Source: Bacillota bacterium
Lineage (GTDB): Bacteria > Bacillota > Sulfobacillia > JAUYEG01
Assembly: GCA_030691505.1 (NCBI GenBank)
Contig: JAUYEG010000070.1
Span: 23,777-87,776, forward strand
Length of the DNA: 64,000 bases
Reading direction: 5' to 3'
Shown here: piece after piece, positions 55,348 through 64,000 of the stretch
How positions within the stretch are numbered: the first letter of the stretch is position 1
How the letters are laid out: each line of letters begins with the position of its first letter
The notes under the pieces: model-generated
The model's input: the letters and a program-made list of their open reading frames with translations, nothing else
Told to the model about the DNA's origin: nothing
The model's database searches: none
Program-made: the position numbers and the translations under genes

Positions 55348-56763
55348 TCACGCCTTTGGGAGGCTGGCCAGCGCCCGGTCGATCTCCGCTTGCGGATGAT
55401 CATAGTCCTTGAGTTGACCGGCGAAGTAGGACTCATAGGCCCCGAGATCGAAATGCCCGTGCCCGCTCAGCCCGAAGAGGATGGCAGGTGACGCTCCTGT
55501 CTCACGTGCCTCAAGGGCCAGGTCAACCGCAACACGCACGGCGTGGGCGGATTCCGGCGCCGGAAGGATGCCTTCGCTGCGCGCAAACGTCACCGCCGAT
55601 TCAAACACCTCAAGCTGCCTTACGGCACGCGCCTCCACGAAACCGTGTCGGACCAGTGCGCTGAGTATCGGGGCCGCGCCGTGGTAGCGGAGTCCGCCGG
55701 CGTGGATGCCGGCAGGAACGAAGCCATGGCCAAGTGTGTACATCTTTGCCACGGGGGCAAGGCAGGCCGTGTCGCCATAGTCATAGCCAAACGTGCCGCG
55801 TGTCAGGGTCGGGCACGCCGTGGGCTCGACCGCGATCACTCTCGGACCCTGCGGTGTGCTTTGCCCGGCGCGTTGAGCGGTCCCCGAATGCCGGCGGCGG
55901 GCAGCCGCGAGGGCGGGTTTCAGGAAGGGAAAGGCCAGACCGGCGAAGTTGCTCCCGCCGCCGACGCAGCCGACGAGCACGTCGGGACGATCACCGGCCA
56001 TCTCCATCTGCATTTGGGCCTCCAGGCCAATGACCGTCTGGTGCAGGAGCACGTGGTTGAGGACGCTGCCGAGCGAGTACTTTGTGTCTTCATGAGCGAC
56101 GGCATCCTCAACCGCCTCGCTGATGGCGATGCCGAGGCTGCCCGGCGACTCCGGATCACTGGCGAGGATGGCGCGCCCGGCCGCGGTCTTTGGGCTTGGA
56201 CTGGGGGTGACGTCCGCGCCGTATACCCGCATCATGGCCTTGCGATACGGCTTTTGGTCATAGCTGACCCGGACCATGTACACGGAGCACTCAAGCCCGA
56301 ACATCGCGCAGGCCATCGCCAGGGCAGAACCCCACTGTCCGGCTCCGGTTTCGGTCGCCAGACGCCGGACCCCTTCGCAATGGTTGTAGTAGGCCTGAGC
56401 GATGGAGGTATTGGCCTTATGGCTGCCGACCGGGCTCAGCCCCTCGTATTTGTAGTAAATCCTGGCGGGCGTGTTCAGGACCTGCTCCAGACGCCTGGCG
56501 CGAAATAGGGGAGCCGGCCGGTACTGGCGGTACAGGTCCAGGACCCGCCCCGGCACATCCACGGCCGGGGCCCTGGACACTTCCTGCTCGATCAGCGCCA
56601 TGGGGAACAGCGGCAGCAGGTCCTCCGGCCCAAGGGGCTGGAGCGTCCGCGGGTGCAACGGCGGATCGAGGTCAAACGGCAGGTCAGGGACGATGTTGTA
56701 CCAGGCCGTCGGGATGTCGTTCTCTCGTAACAGAAACTTCACGGCATCGTGTCCTTCGGGCAT
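55348..56763 (-). CDS. trpB: TrpB2-type tryptophan synthase beta-like PLP enzyme
   Basis: NIVPDLP...[17 protein letters not shown] (PLP lysine)...GGGSNFAG motifs of TrpB2; ATG at 56763 with GAGGAG 8 nt upstream; preceded by a Trp T-box leader. Confidence 0.85.
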   Translation of the reverse strand: MPEGHDAVKFLLRENDIPTAWYNIVPDLPFDLDPPLHPRTLQPLGPEDLLPLFPMALIEQEVSRAPAVDVPGRVLDLYRQYRPAPLFRARRLEQVLNTPARIYYKYEGLSPVGSHKANTSIAQAYYNHCEGVRRLATETGAGQWGSALAMACAMFGLECSVYMVRVSYDQKPYRKAMMRVYGADVTPSPSPKTAAGRAILASDPESPGSLGIAISEAVEDAVAHEDTKYSLGSVLNHVLLHQTVIGLEAQMQMEMAGDRPDVLVGCVGGGSNFAGLAFPFLKPALAAARRRHSGTAQRAGQSTPQGPRVIAVEPTACPTLTRGTFGYDYGDTACLAPVAKMYTLGHGFVPAGIHAGGLRYHGAAPILSALVRHGFVEARAVRQLEVFESAVTFARSEGILPAPESAHAVRVAVDLALEARETGASPAILFGLSGHGHFDLGAYESYFAGQLKDYDHPQAEIDRALASLPKA

Positions 56764-56815
56764 CGATCTCGCTCCTCTCTTTGTCCGGCGCCGGTCGGCC
56801 GGCTGTACCGGAACG

Positions 56816-57215
56816 CAAAAACCCGCCCCCCTGGTTGGGGACGGGTTAAGACGGTCTCCGCGGTGCCACCCCTGTTGGCCCTGAGCTACGACGAAGCCGC
56901 ATGCCTGACCGGATCTATACGGCAGCAGCGTGGCGCCGTCGCCGTACGTGCTCGCTGGGCCCACTCATTGCGGGTACGAGGAGCGTCGCGGGGTAACAAG
57001 TCAACATACCCGGGCTCCGAATACCCTCTCCCTTTATCGGCGGATCTCCGGTGGGCCCTACTCGGCCGGCACGCCTAAGCGGCCAGGTTCCTTTCGGGCT
57101 CACGGCTCACGGGTCCATTCAACCGCTGCCGCCAGTGCCGGGCTCGCACCCTCCCCGGCTCGCTTTGACCGCTGACACGCGCTTACTAGCCCCGTTCATC
57201 GCCTTGACGCTATTA
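56816..57215 (-). promoter_or_regulatory. T-box riboswitch leader, specifier codon UGG (tRNA-Trp)
   Basis: On the minus strand: stem I GCGATGA/AGTA motifs near 57196-57202; specifier loop GAAUGGA (rc of 57114-57120); T-box sequence AGGGGTGGCACCGCGGAGAC (rc of 56858-56873); terminator CCCGTCCCC-aacca-GGGGGGCGGG+TTTTTG (56816-56846), 50 nt before the trpB2 start. Confidence 0.6.
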
Positions 57216-57275
57216 GGTTATGGTCGAGAGAAAGCTGCCTCTCGGGTTTCAGCTAGCATAGCATCGGTCGCTGGC

Positions 57276-58115
57276 TCAGTCAATGGCGTGACAACACAAG
57301 GTTTCAGCGGCGGTGATCCCCGCGTGGGGAGCCGGCTCGGAGGAGTATTTCACGTTTAGCAGGCACAACCCATGCGCGGGCACAGTTGGCCCGGCCCCGC
57401 GGCGGGCGCCGGACGTAAGCAAGGCCGCAACGGCGTCCGCGTCCATCCTGCCCCTGCCCACCTCAAACAGCGTGCCGGCAATAATTCGGACCATGTGGTA
57501 CAGAAAGCCATCGGCCTCAACCAGCACGAAACCAACCCGGGACCCCGACCAGGGCGGGAGGCAATGCTGTCCCGAACCAACCTCGCAGCGAAAGACCGTT
57601 CTGGCCGCGTCCCTTACCGGCCGCCCGACGTCCTGAAACGCCGAGAAATCGTGCCGGCCGACGAGGCGGCGGGCCGCCAGGTCCATCGCCGCCAGGTCTA
57701 TCGCCCTGCGCACTTCGTAGGCATGCCTGGCGAGCAAAGGTTGCCGGACGTCGCCCTGCCAGCCGTAAAAGGTGTAGGCATAGGTTTTGGACTGGGCGTG
57801 GAACCGGGGGTGAAAAGCAAAGGGAACCTCCTCGGCCGCGAGAGCGCTCACATCGCCGGGCAGGTTGGCGTTAAGGGCGAGGGGAACGCGCTCAGCAGGC
57901 ACAGTCCCCTCGGTATCGAACGCGATGACCTGCCCGAGGGCGTGAACGCCGGAATCCGTGCGTCCGGCCGCGGCGAACCGGGCCGGCGGACCCAGCGTGG
58001 CCTCGATCGCCCTGTACAGCACATCCTGAACCGAGGTCAGCCCGCGGCCCTGCCGCTGAAACCCGCAGTAAGCCCCGCCGTCGTAGCTGACGGTGATCTT
58101 CAGGCGGCGTGTCAT
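57276..58115 (-). CDS. truA: tRNA pseudouridine(38-40) synthase
   Basis: KITVSYDGGAYCGFQRQ...RTDSGVHALGQV is the TruA catalytic-Asp region; ATG with GGAGG 9 nt upstream, ATGA overlap with the ecfT stop. Confidence 0.9.
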   Translation of the reverse strand: MTRRLKITVSYDGGAYCGFQRQGRGLTSVQDVLYRAIEATLGPPARFAAAGRTDSGVHALGQVIAFDTEGTVPAERVPLALNANLPGDVSALAAEEVPFAFHPRFHAQSKTYAYTFYGWQGDVRQPLLARHAYEVRRAIDLAAMDLAARRLVGRHDFSAFQDVGRPVRDAARTVFRCEVGSGQHCLPPWSGSRVGFVLVEADGFLYHMVRIIAGTLFEVGRGRMDADAVAALLTSGARRGAGPTVPAHGLCLLNVKYSSEPAPHAGITAAETLCCHAID

Positions 58116-58921
58116 CCGCGCGGGCCTCCGAAACGCATCCACAGGACCGATCCGCAGACTGCCGCCAACACCACGCCGGCGGCGGCATCCAGAACCGAGT
58201 AACGGAGCTCGCGCAGCCGGGTACGGCCCTCGCCCCCCCGGTAGCAGCGGGCCTCCATCGCCGTGGCCAGCTCGTCGGCGCGCCGGAAGGAGCTCACGAA
58301 CAGCGGCACAAGGAGCGGCAAAAGGCTCCTCGCCCGCTGTACCAGGCCGCCGTGGGCAAAGTCGGCCCCCCTGGCCATCTGGGCCTTCATGATCTTGTCG
58401 GCCTCGTCAACAAGCGTCGGGATAAAGCGCAGGGCGATCGTCAACATAAGTGCCAGTTCGTGCGACGGAATGCCGATGCGCTTGCCCGGCGCCAAGAGAT
58501 GTTCAAGACCGTCCGTAAGGGCAATGGGCGATGTCGTCAAGGTCAATAGGGCGGCGCTGGTCACCAGCAGTATGAGGCGGGTGCTCATCGTCGCAGCCAT
58601 ATGAAGCCCTTCACGCGTTACAGCCAGTCGCCAAAACCGCCAGACAACCTCGCCGCGGGTCCAGAGCAGGTTGATCGTCACAGTGAAAAACAGGATGAAG
58701 AGCACGGGGCGCAGGGCGCGCCACATGTATCGGGGCGATATGCCCGCGAGCAAGTACGCCAGGACCACGAGTCCGGCCAACACCAGGTAAGCCAGCCATC
58801 CCTTGGCGACGAAGAGCGTGACCATCAGGAACAGAACGGCCAGGATCTTGCTCCGCGGGTCCAGGCGGTGTAAGAGCGAATTGCCCACCACGTACTGCCC
58901 GATGGCGACTGTCCTCAGCAA
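58112..58921 (-). CDS. ecfT: ECF transporter transmembrane (T) component
   Basis: CbiQ-like 5-TM protein directly after the two ECF ATPases. Confidence 0.9.
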   Translation of the reverse strand: MLRTVAIGQYVVGNSLLHRLDPRSKILAVLFLMVTLFVAKGWLAYLVLAGLVVLAYLLAGISPRYMWRALRPVLFILFFTVTINLLWTRGEVVWRFWRLAVTREGLHMAATMSTRLILLVTSAALLTLTTSPIALTDGLEHLLAPGKRIGIPSHELALMLTIALRFIPTLVDEADKIMKAQMARGADFAHGGLVQRARSLLPLLVPLFVSSFRRADELATAMEARCYRGGEGRTRLRELRYSVLDAAAGVVLAAVCGSVLWMRFGGPRG

Positions 58922-59796
58922 GTCCCGTCGCCCGCCTTTGCGCCAAGCGCCGCCGCAATCGCGGAAGCGGCATGATCGATGCCGGCGGCCGCGGATGGAA
59001 GGTCCCAGCCGAGTGCGCGCAGGGAGTCAAGAACGCGCACGGTGACCGGCACGTCAAGGCCCAGGCGGCGGAGTTCCTCGCCGCGGCCAAATACCTCCGC
59101 GGTGGCGCCGAGCATCACGGGCTTGCCGTCGGCCAACACCAGGAGCCGGTCCGCAAGACGGGCAACCTCGTCCATGTTGTGGGAGATCACCACAACGGTC
59201 AGGCCCCGCTCGCGGTGCAAGGATCTGACCCTGCCGAGTATATCCTCGCGCCCCCGTGGGTCCAGGCCGGCAGCAGGCTCGTCCAGGACCAGCGCTTCGG
59301 GTTCCATTGCCAGCACGCCGGCAATCGCCACCCGCCGCATTTGCCCGCCGCTGAGCGCAAAGGGAGAGCGCTCGGCCAGCTGCTCGCCGCCCATGCCCAC
59401 CGCGTCGAGCGCCCGGCGCGCCCTGGCGAGGGCCTCTGCCGCGGTCAGCCCCAGGTTGCGCGGGCCGAACGCGACGTCCTGGAGCACGGTTTCGTCAAAC
59501 AACTGGTGTTCGGGGAACTGAAAGACGAGCCCTACGCGACGGCGCAGCCCCTTGAGGCCGCCCCGGCCGACCGCCGCGATGTCCTGCCCATCAATCACGA
59601 TCCGCCCGTGAGTTGGCTTCAGGAGGCCGTTGAGGCACTGCGCCAGAGTGGACTTGCCGCTCCCCGTGGGCCCGATTACGCCGATGCATTCGCCCTTCTC
59701 GATCACGAGGTCCAGACCTTCGAGGGCGCGCACCTCGTGCGGAGTTCCTGGGAAATACGTGTGGCCCACGCCTTCAAGCTCGATGCGCACTGCCAC
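58915..59796 (-). CDS. ecfA2: ECF transporter ATPase component A'
   Basis: Walker A GPTGSGKST, LSGGQ, Walker B LVLDEP; GTG start with GGAGGAGG 9 nt upstream. Confidence 0.85.
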   Translation of the reverse strand: MAVRIELEGVGHTYFPGTPHEVRALEGLDLVIEKGECIGVIGPTGSGKSTLAQCLNGLLKPTHGRIVIDGQDIAAVGRGGLKGLRRRVGLVFQFPEHQLFDETVLQDVAFGPRNLGLTAAEALARARRALDAVGMGGEQLAERSPFALSGGQMRRVAIAGVLAMEPEALVLDEPAAGLDPRGREDILGRVRSLHRERGLTVVVISHNMDEVARLADRLLVLADGKPVMLGATAEVFGRGEELRRLGLDVPVTVRVLDSLRALGWDLPSAAAGIDHAASAIAAALGAKAGDGTC

Positions 59797-60631
59797 GGGA
59801 GCGCACCTCCTCCAGCGAACGCACCAGAGCCTCGACGGAAATGATGCCTGCGGGCAGCGGGACCCCACGCCTGCGCAACTCGTCAACCAGCCGTACGATC
59901 GTCGGGCGGTCCAACCCGGCCGACTGCAGTATCTCCCCGGCCTCAAAGACCTCGCCCGCGGGACCGTCCAGGATAATCCGGCCCTGGTCCATCACCACAA
60001 CCCTGCGGGACAGCAACGCCTCGTCCATATGGTGCGTGATCTGAATGACGGCGAGACCAAGAGACTGGGTCAGCTCGGAGATCACCGACATCAGCTCGGC
60101 CCGGCCGGAAGGGTCGAGCATGGACGTCGCCTCATCCAGAACGATGCACCGGGGGCGCATCGCCAGGACTCCCGCGACCCCGACGCGCTGCTTTTGGCCG
60201 CCGGACAGCAGGTGAGGCTCCCGCCTGGCATGGGCCAGCATTCCCACGCGCCAAAGCGCGTCGTCGACCCTGCGGCGGATCTCCGCTGCGGGCACGCCGA
60301 GGTTCTCAGGACCGAAGGCCACGTCTTCCTCAACGACAGTGGCAACGATCTGGTTGTCCGGGTTTTGGAAGACCATCCCCACGCGACGCCTGATCTCCCA
60401 CAGGTTGGCCTGGTCCTTGGTGTCCATTCCGTCGACCAGCACACGCCCCGCGGTCGGCAGGAGCAGGGCGTTAAGATGCTTGGCCAGTGTGGATTTGCCG
60501 GAGCCGTTGGGGCCGATGATCGCGACCCATTCGCCGGCCTCAATGACCAGGTCAACATGATCCAGGGCCGGGGGCCCCGTGCCCGCATAGCGGTGCACCA
60601 GACCCTCGGCCCTGATAAGATCGCTCATCAC
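59774..60631 (-). CDS. ecfA1: ECF transporter ATPase component A
   Basis: Walker A GPNGSGKST, LSGGQKQR, Walker B IVLDEATS. Confidence 0.9.
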   Translation of the reverse strand: MMSDLIRAEGLVHRYAGTGPPALDHVDLVIEAGEWVAIIGPNGSGKSTLAKHLNALLLPTAGRVLVDGMDTKDQANLWEIRRRVGMVFQNPDNQIVATVVEEDVAFGPENLGVPAAEIRRRVDDALWRVGMLAHARREPHLLSGGQKQRVGVAGVLAMRPRCIVLDEATSMLDPSGRAELMSVISELTQSLGLAVIQITHHMDEALLSRRVVVMDQGRIILDGPAGEVFEAGEILQSAGLDRPTIVRLVDELRRRGVPLPAGIISVEALVRSLEEVRSRGSAHRA

Positions 60632-60667
60632 GCTACCCCATCCGCCGGATGCCGCTGCCGGCCGGCC

Positions 60668-61015
60668 CTAGACCAGTTCGAGGTATACCATCGGCGCCGC
60701 GTCGCCGCGGCGGTTTTCTGCCTGGATGATCCGGGTGTACCCGCCGGCCCGCTCGGCATAGCGCGGACCTATCTTGTCGAAGAGCTTCTTGAGAACGTCC
60801 TCGTCAAAGAGAAAGCTGGCAGCCTGGCGGCGAGCGTGCAAATCGTTGCGCTTGGCCAAGGTTATGAGCTTTTCTACGATCGCGTCGACCTCGGTCGCCT
60901 TGCCGTGCGTGGTCACGATCCGCTCATTGGCCAACAGCGACGTGGCCAGGCTGCGGAAAAGAGCCTTGCGCGCGCTCTGGGTTCTTCCCAGCTTAGCGTA
61001 TGCCACCGCACTCAC
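60668..61015 (-). CDS. rplQ: 50S ribosomal protein L17
   Basis: [29 protein letters not shown]...[12 protein letters not shown]. Confidence 0.95.
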   Translation of the reverse strand: MSAVAYAKLGRTQSARKALFRSLATSLLANERIVTTHGKATEVDAIVEKLITLAKRNDLHARRQAASFLFDEDVLKKLFDKIGPRYAERAGGYTRIIQAENRRGDAAPMVYLELV

Positions 61016-61959
61016 TCCTCAGGTTCGGCCAGCGCAAGCCCGAGCGCCCCGAGTTTTTGCTTGACTTCCTCGAGGGACTTCTTGCCCAGGTTGCGCACCT
61101 TGACCATGTCGTTCTCCGTACGGGAGCTGAGATCGCCGATCGTGTTGATCCCCGCCCGCTTGAGGCAATTGAAGGAGCGCACGGACAACTCGAGCTCCTC
61201 AATCGGCATGTCCAGCAGCCTTTGCTCGGAGTCCGGCTCACGCTCTTGAAGGAGGGATTCCTCCTGAGCGGCGCCGCCGAGGCCCAGGAACAACGTTAGA
61301 TGCTCCACAAGAATCTTCGCCGCAAGGCTGGTGGCCTCGTCGGGGGTCATGCTGCCGTCGGTGGTGACCTCCAGCGTCAGCTTGTCGTAGTCCGTCCGAT
61401 GCCCGACGCGCGTCGCGTCGATGCTGTAGTTGACCCGCCGCACCGGCGTGAAAATGGAGTCAATAGCCACGACCCCGATCGGTTGGTCCGGCTGCTTGTT
61501 GCGCTCAGCTCGCATGTAGCCCCGGCCCCGAGCGACGGCCATTTCCATCGTCAGCCGGCCGCCGTCGGCCAGAGTTGCGATGTGCAGGTCAGGAGTCAGA
61601 ATCTCGACATCGGCGTCGGCGACGATCGCGTCGGCGGTGACGACACCGGGTCCGATCGCGTCTATGCGCAAGATCTTTTCCTCGTCGCTATGCACCTTAA
61701 GCCTGAGCTGCTTGAGGTTCAGGATTATGTCCGTGGTGTCCTCAACCACTCCCGGAACCGTTGAGAACTCGTGCAACACACCGTCAATCCGCACACTGGT
61801 GACCGCTGCTCCGGGCAAAGAGGACAACAGGATGCGCCGCAGGGAGTTACCCAGGGTCATCCCGTATCCCCGCTCCAGCGGCTCCACCTCGTATACTGCG
61901 GTCCTGCCGTCCGGTGACAGGTGAACGCACTCAATGCGTGGTTTCTCCATGCCCAGCAT
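61012..61959 (-). CDS. rpoA: DNA-directed RNA polymerase alpha subunit
   Basis: N-terminal assembly domain plus C-terminal alphaCTD ([20 protein letters not shown]). Confidence 0.95.
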   Translation of the reverse strand: MLGMEKPRIECVHLSPDGRTAVYEVEPLERGYGMTLGNSLRRILLSSLPGAAVTSVRIDGVLHEFSTVPGVVEDTTDIILNLKQLRLKVHSDEEKILRIDAIGPGVVTADAIVADADVEILTPDLHIATLADGGRLTMEMAVARGRGYMRAERNKQPDQPIGVVAIDSIFTPVRRVNYSIDATRVGHRTDYDKLTLEVTTDGSMTPDEATSLAAKILVEHLTLFLGLGGAAQEESLLQEREPDSEQRLLDMPIEELELSVRSFNCLKRAGINTIGDLSSRTENDMVKVRNLGKKSLEEVKQKLGALGLALAEPEE

Positions 61960-61974
61960 GAGTCGTCCGACCTC

Positions 61975-62601
61975 CTATCTCGAGTACAACTCGATAATCA
62001 GCCGCTCGGAAACGGGGATGTCGATCTCTTCGCGAGTCGGCAGGCGAAGTACCTTGCCGCGCAGGTTGGTGAAATCAACATCCAACCAGCCGGTTGTGGT
62101 GCGCTGGTTGCCGGCTTCAGCGGCCCGTTGGATCACGGGGATGCCCCGGCTCTTCTCGCGAACGGCGATTGCGTCGCCCTCACGGACAAGAAACGACGGG
62201 ATATCCGTCTTCCGTCCGTTGACCTCGAAATGACCGTGCCCGACCAGCTGCCGCGCCTCGGGCCGGGAATCAGCCAGGCCCATGCGGTATACCACGTTGT
62301 CCAGCCGGCGCTCCAGCAACTGGAGCAACAGCGTCCCGGTGACTCCTTTGGAGCGCGCAGCGTCGACGTAGTACCGCCTGAACTGCCCCTCCATGACGCC
62401 GTACACCCGGCGGGCCCGCTGCTTCTCGCGAAGCTGAGCGCCGTATCCCGACTGCTTGCGCCGTGACGTGCCGTGCTGCCCGGGTGGTTCCCCGCGCCGG
62501 TCAACCGCGCACTTCTCTGTGTAACACCGCTCTCCCTTGAGAAAGAGCTTCATGCCCTCCCGCCGGCACAGCCGACAGACCGGACCGGTGTATCTGCCCA
62601 A
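61975..62601 (-). CDS. rpsD: 30S ribosomal protein S4
   Basis: [31 protein letters not shown] zinc ribbon plus S4 domain. Confidence 0.95.
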   Translation of the reverse strand: MGRYTGPVCRLCRREGMKLFLKGERCYTEKCAVDRRGEPPGQHGTSRRKQSGYGAQLREKQRARRVYGVMEGQFRRYYVDAARSKGVTGTLLLQLLERRLDNVVYRMGLADSRPEARQLVGHGHFEVNGRKTDIPSFLVREGDAIAVREKSRGIPVIQRAAEAGNQRTTTGWLDVDFTNLRGKVLRLPTREEIDIPVSERLIIELYSR

Positions 62602-62623
62602 ACGCTTGCACCTCCAGCTGGTC

Positions 62624-63013
62624 CTAGACCCGACGCCTCTTCGGTGGCCGGCAGCCGTTGTGTGGGATGGGGGTCACGTCCTTGATTGAGTTGACCTCCA
62701 AACCGGCGGCCTGCAGCGAGCGGATAGCGGCTTCACGCCCTGAGCCGGGGCCCTTGACGAATACCTCAACCTCGCGCATTCCATGCTCCATCGCAGCCCG
62801 TGCGGCCTTCTCGGCGGCCATCTGGGCCGCGAACGGCGTGCTCTTCTTGCTGCCCTTGAAGCCCATGCCCCCTGAGGAGGCCCACGAAAGGGCGTTGCCC
62901 TGGGGGTCGGTTATGGTGACGATGGTGTTGTTAAAACTTGACTTGATGTGCGCCATGCCGCGGTCCACCATCCTGCGCTCGCGGCGCTTGGGCGCCCGTC
63001 CCCTGCGTGCCAA
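62624..63013 (-). CDS. rpsK: 30S ribosomal protein S11
   Basis: [18 protein letters not shown]...[11 protein letters not shown]. Confidence 0.95.
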   Translation of the reverse strand: MARRGRAPKRRERRMVDRGMAHIKSSFNNTIVTITDPQGNALSWASSGGMGFKGSKKSTPFAAQMAAEKAARAAMEHGMREVEVFVKGPGSGREAAIRSLQAAGLEVNSIKDVTPIPHNGCRPPKRRRV

Positions 63014-63046
63014 ATGCTAAGCCTCCCGTCTTGCGGCGGCCGGCGC

Positions 63047-63418
63047 CTACTTCTTACGCCGTACTCCGACAGTACGCTTGGGTCCCTTGCGTGTGCGGGC
63101 ATTGGTCTTGGTACGCTGGCCCCGCACAGGCAGGCCACGGCGGTGCCGGATGCCGCGGTAAGCCCCGATATCGATAAGCCGCTTGATGTTCATCTGGATC
63201 TCGCGCTGAAGATCGCCCTCGACCTTGTGGTCCCGGTCGATGGTCTCGCGCAGCCGGCTTACCTCTTCCTCCGTCAGATCCCTGACCCGCGTTTCCGCGC
63301 TGACCCCGGTCTTGGCCAGGATCTGCTGCGCGCGCGTGTCTCCAATGCCAAAGATGTATGTAAGCGCAACCACAACCCGCTTATCACGCGGCAAGTCAAC
63401 GCCCGCGATACGTGCCAA
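63047..63418 (-). CDS. rpsM: 30S ribosomal protein S13
   Basis: [26 protein letters not shown]. Confidence 0.95.
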   Translation of the reverse strand: MARIAGVDLPRDKRVVVALTYIFGIGDTRAQQILAKTGVSAETRVRDLTEEEVSRLRETIDRDHKVEGDLQREIQMNIKRLIDIGAYRGIRHRRGLPVRGQRTKTNARTRKGPKRTVGVRRKK

Positions 63419-63445
63419 AACCCGCCACCCCCTGGCTTATGCCGG

Positions 63446-63559
63446 CTAGCCCTGCCGCTGCTTGTGCCTTGGATTTGTGCAGATGACGCGCACGACGCCT
63501 TCCCGGCGCACGATCTTGCACTTCTCACACATCTTCTTTACCGAAGGGCGCACTTTCAT
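63446..63559 (-). CDS. rpmJ: 50S ribosomal protein L36; not in the ORF track
   Basis: Own translation: [37 protein letters not shown], 37 aa, with the CxxC...C...H zinc ribbon, between rpsM and infA. Confidence 0.85.
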   Translation of the reverse strand: MKVRPSVKKMCEKCKIVRREGVVRVICTNPRHKQRQG

Positions 63560-63656
63560 GGATTATTCCCTCCATCACACCTGCTAGACCCCACGTCATC
63601 ACCGGCCCCGCCGGGCCCGCCGGGGTTACCCCTCAGCCTCGGGGTCGGCCCCGAAG

Positions 63657-63875
63657 CTAACGATAGCGGTACACGATCCGCCCCCGCGTGAGGTCGTAGG
63701 GCGAAAGCTCGAGGAGCACCCTGTCGCCCGGCAAAATCCGAATGAAATTGAGCCGGATCTTGCCGGAAACATGCGCCAACACCCGATGTCCGTTTTCAAG
63801 CTCCACCCGGAACATGGCGTTGGGCAACGGCTCGATGACCTTGCCCTCTACGTCAATCGCGTCGCTTTTAGGCAC
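63657..63875 (-). CDS. infA: translation initiation factor IF-1
   Basis: [52 protein letters not shown]1-like fold; GTG start. Confidence 0.95.
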   Translation of the reverse strand: MPKSDAIDVEGKVIEPLPNAMFRVELENGHRVLAHVSGKIRLNFIRILPGDRVLLELSPYDLTRGRIVYRYR

Positions 63876-63893
63876 AGGCGGGCATAGCCTCCC

Positions 63894-64000
63894 TCACTCT
63901 TGGCCGTCGCGGCGCGGGTCCCGCTGGCCGGCGGCATCGTTCTCAGGCTCGGGCTCGGGGGCAAGCTGCGCGCTCAACGCATCGAGCGAGGCGCGTACCT
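63894..64000 (-). CDS. 3' end of an upstream minus-strand CDS (partial, unknown; map/adk position in canonical clusters)
   Basis: Open frame ending ...LAPEPEPENDAAGQRDPRRDGQE* at 63894; only 35 codons are visible. Confidence 0.2.
   Translation of the reverse strand, partial: VRASLDALSAQLAPEPEPENDAAGQRDPRRDGQE

Noticed and set aside
55543-56508. 321-aa plus-strand ORF
   Set aside because: Antisense to trpB2, which contains the PLP-lysine and Gly-rich loops
59630-61249. 539-aa plus-strand ORF spanning ecfA1, rplQ and rpoA
   Set aside because: Antisense to universally conserved genes. A shadow ORF
1-64000. CRISPR arrays, rRNA, tRNA
   Set aside because: No regularly spaced short direct repeats with unique spacers were seen. 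There are no rRNA-like stretches and no cloverleaf-like tRNA candidates in intergenic regions. The only tandem repeats are the coding SASP repeat and the short promoter-proximal repeats reported above

Overview
64 kb from a high-GC (~68-70%), endospore-forming Firmicutes-type chromosome. Spore-former evidence: an alpha/beta-type SASP, cwlD, an Amidase_2/XhlA lysis cassette. Affiliation to a Symbiobacterium/Thermaerobacter-like lineage is inference only. The 3' end (54.2-64 kb, minus strand) is the conserved infA-rpmJ-rpsM-rpsK-rpsD-rpoA-rplQ-ecfA-ecfA'-ecfT-truA ... rplM-rpsI block. Here it is interrupted by a T-box(Trp)-controlled trpB2 plus a ParB/Srx-like gene. A divergent XRE-HTH/TPR regulator sits between rpsI and cwlD. 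The remainder is accessory/metabolic: M16 and S9 peptidases, two paralogous M14 carboxypeptidases each with a different upstream partner, purB-purC, several MFS/EamA/ZIP transporters, two creatininase-family paralogs, a CoA-transferase, cobA, LarA-family/Fe-ADH/PqqB-like genes, an OmpR-type two-component system, an ECF sigma/anti-sigma/TPR operon, a DUF134-Mrp/NBP35-NifX-like operon, and an AmmeMemoRadiSam pair (radical SAM plus a LigB/Memo-like::AMMECR1 fusion). Most worth follow-up: (1) an unlisted 39-aa Cys-rich, metallothionein-like ORF with strong RBS and its own terminator, immediately after a PadR regulator carrying a Cys/His N-terminal extension and divergent from a split DUF318 permease; (2) the T-box(UGG)-trpB2-ParB-like module; (3) the orphan phage-type lysis cassette; (4) the SASP with a tandem-repeat-encoded Gly/Ala tail. 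No CRISPR, rRNA or tRNA genes seen. Many long ORFs on the opposite strand of real genes are GC-driven artefacts.
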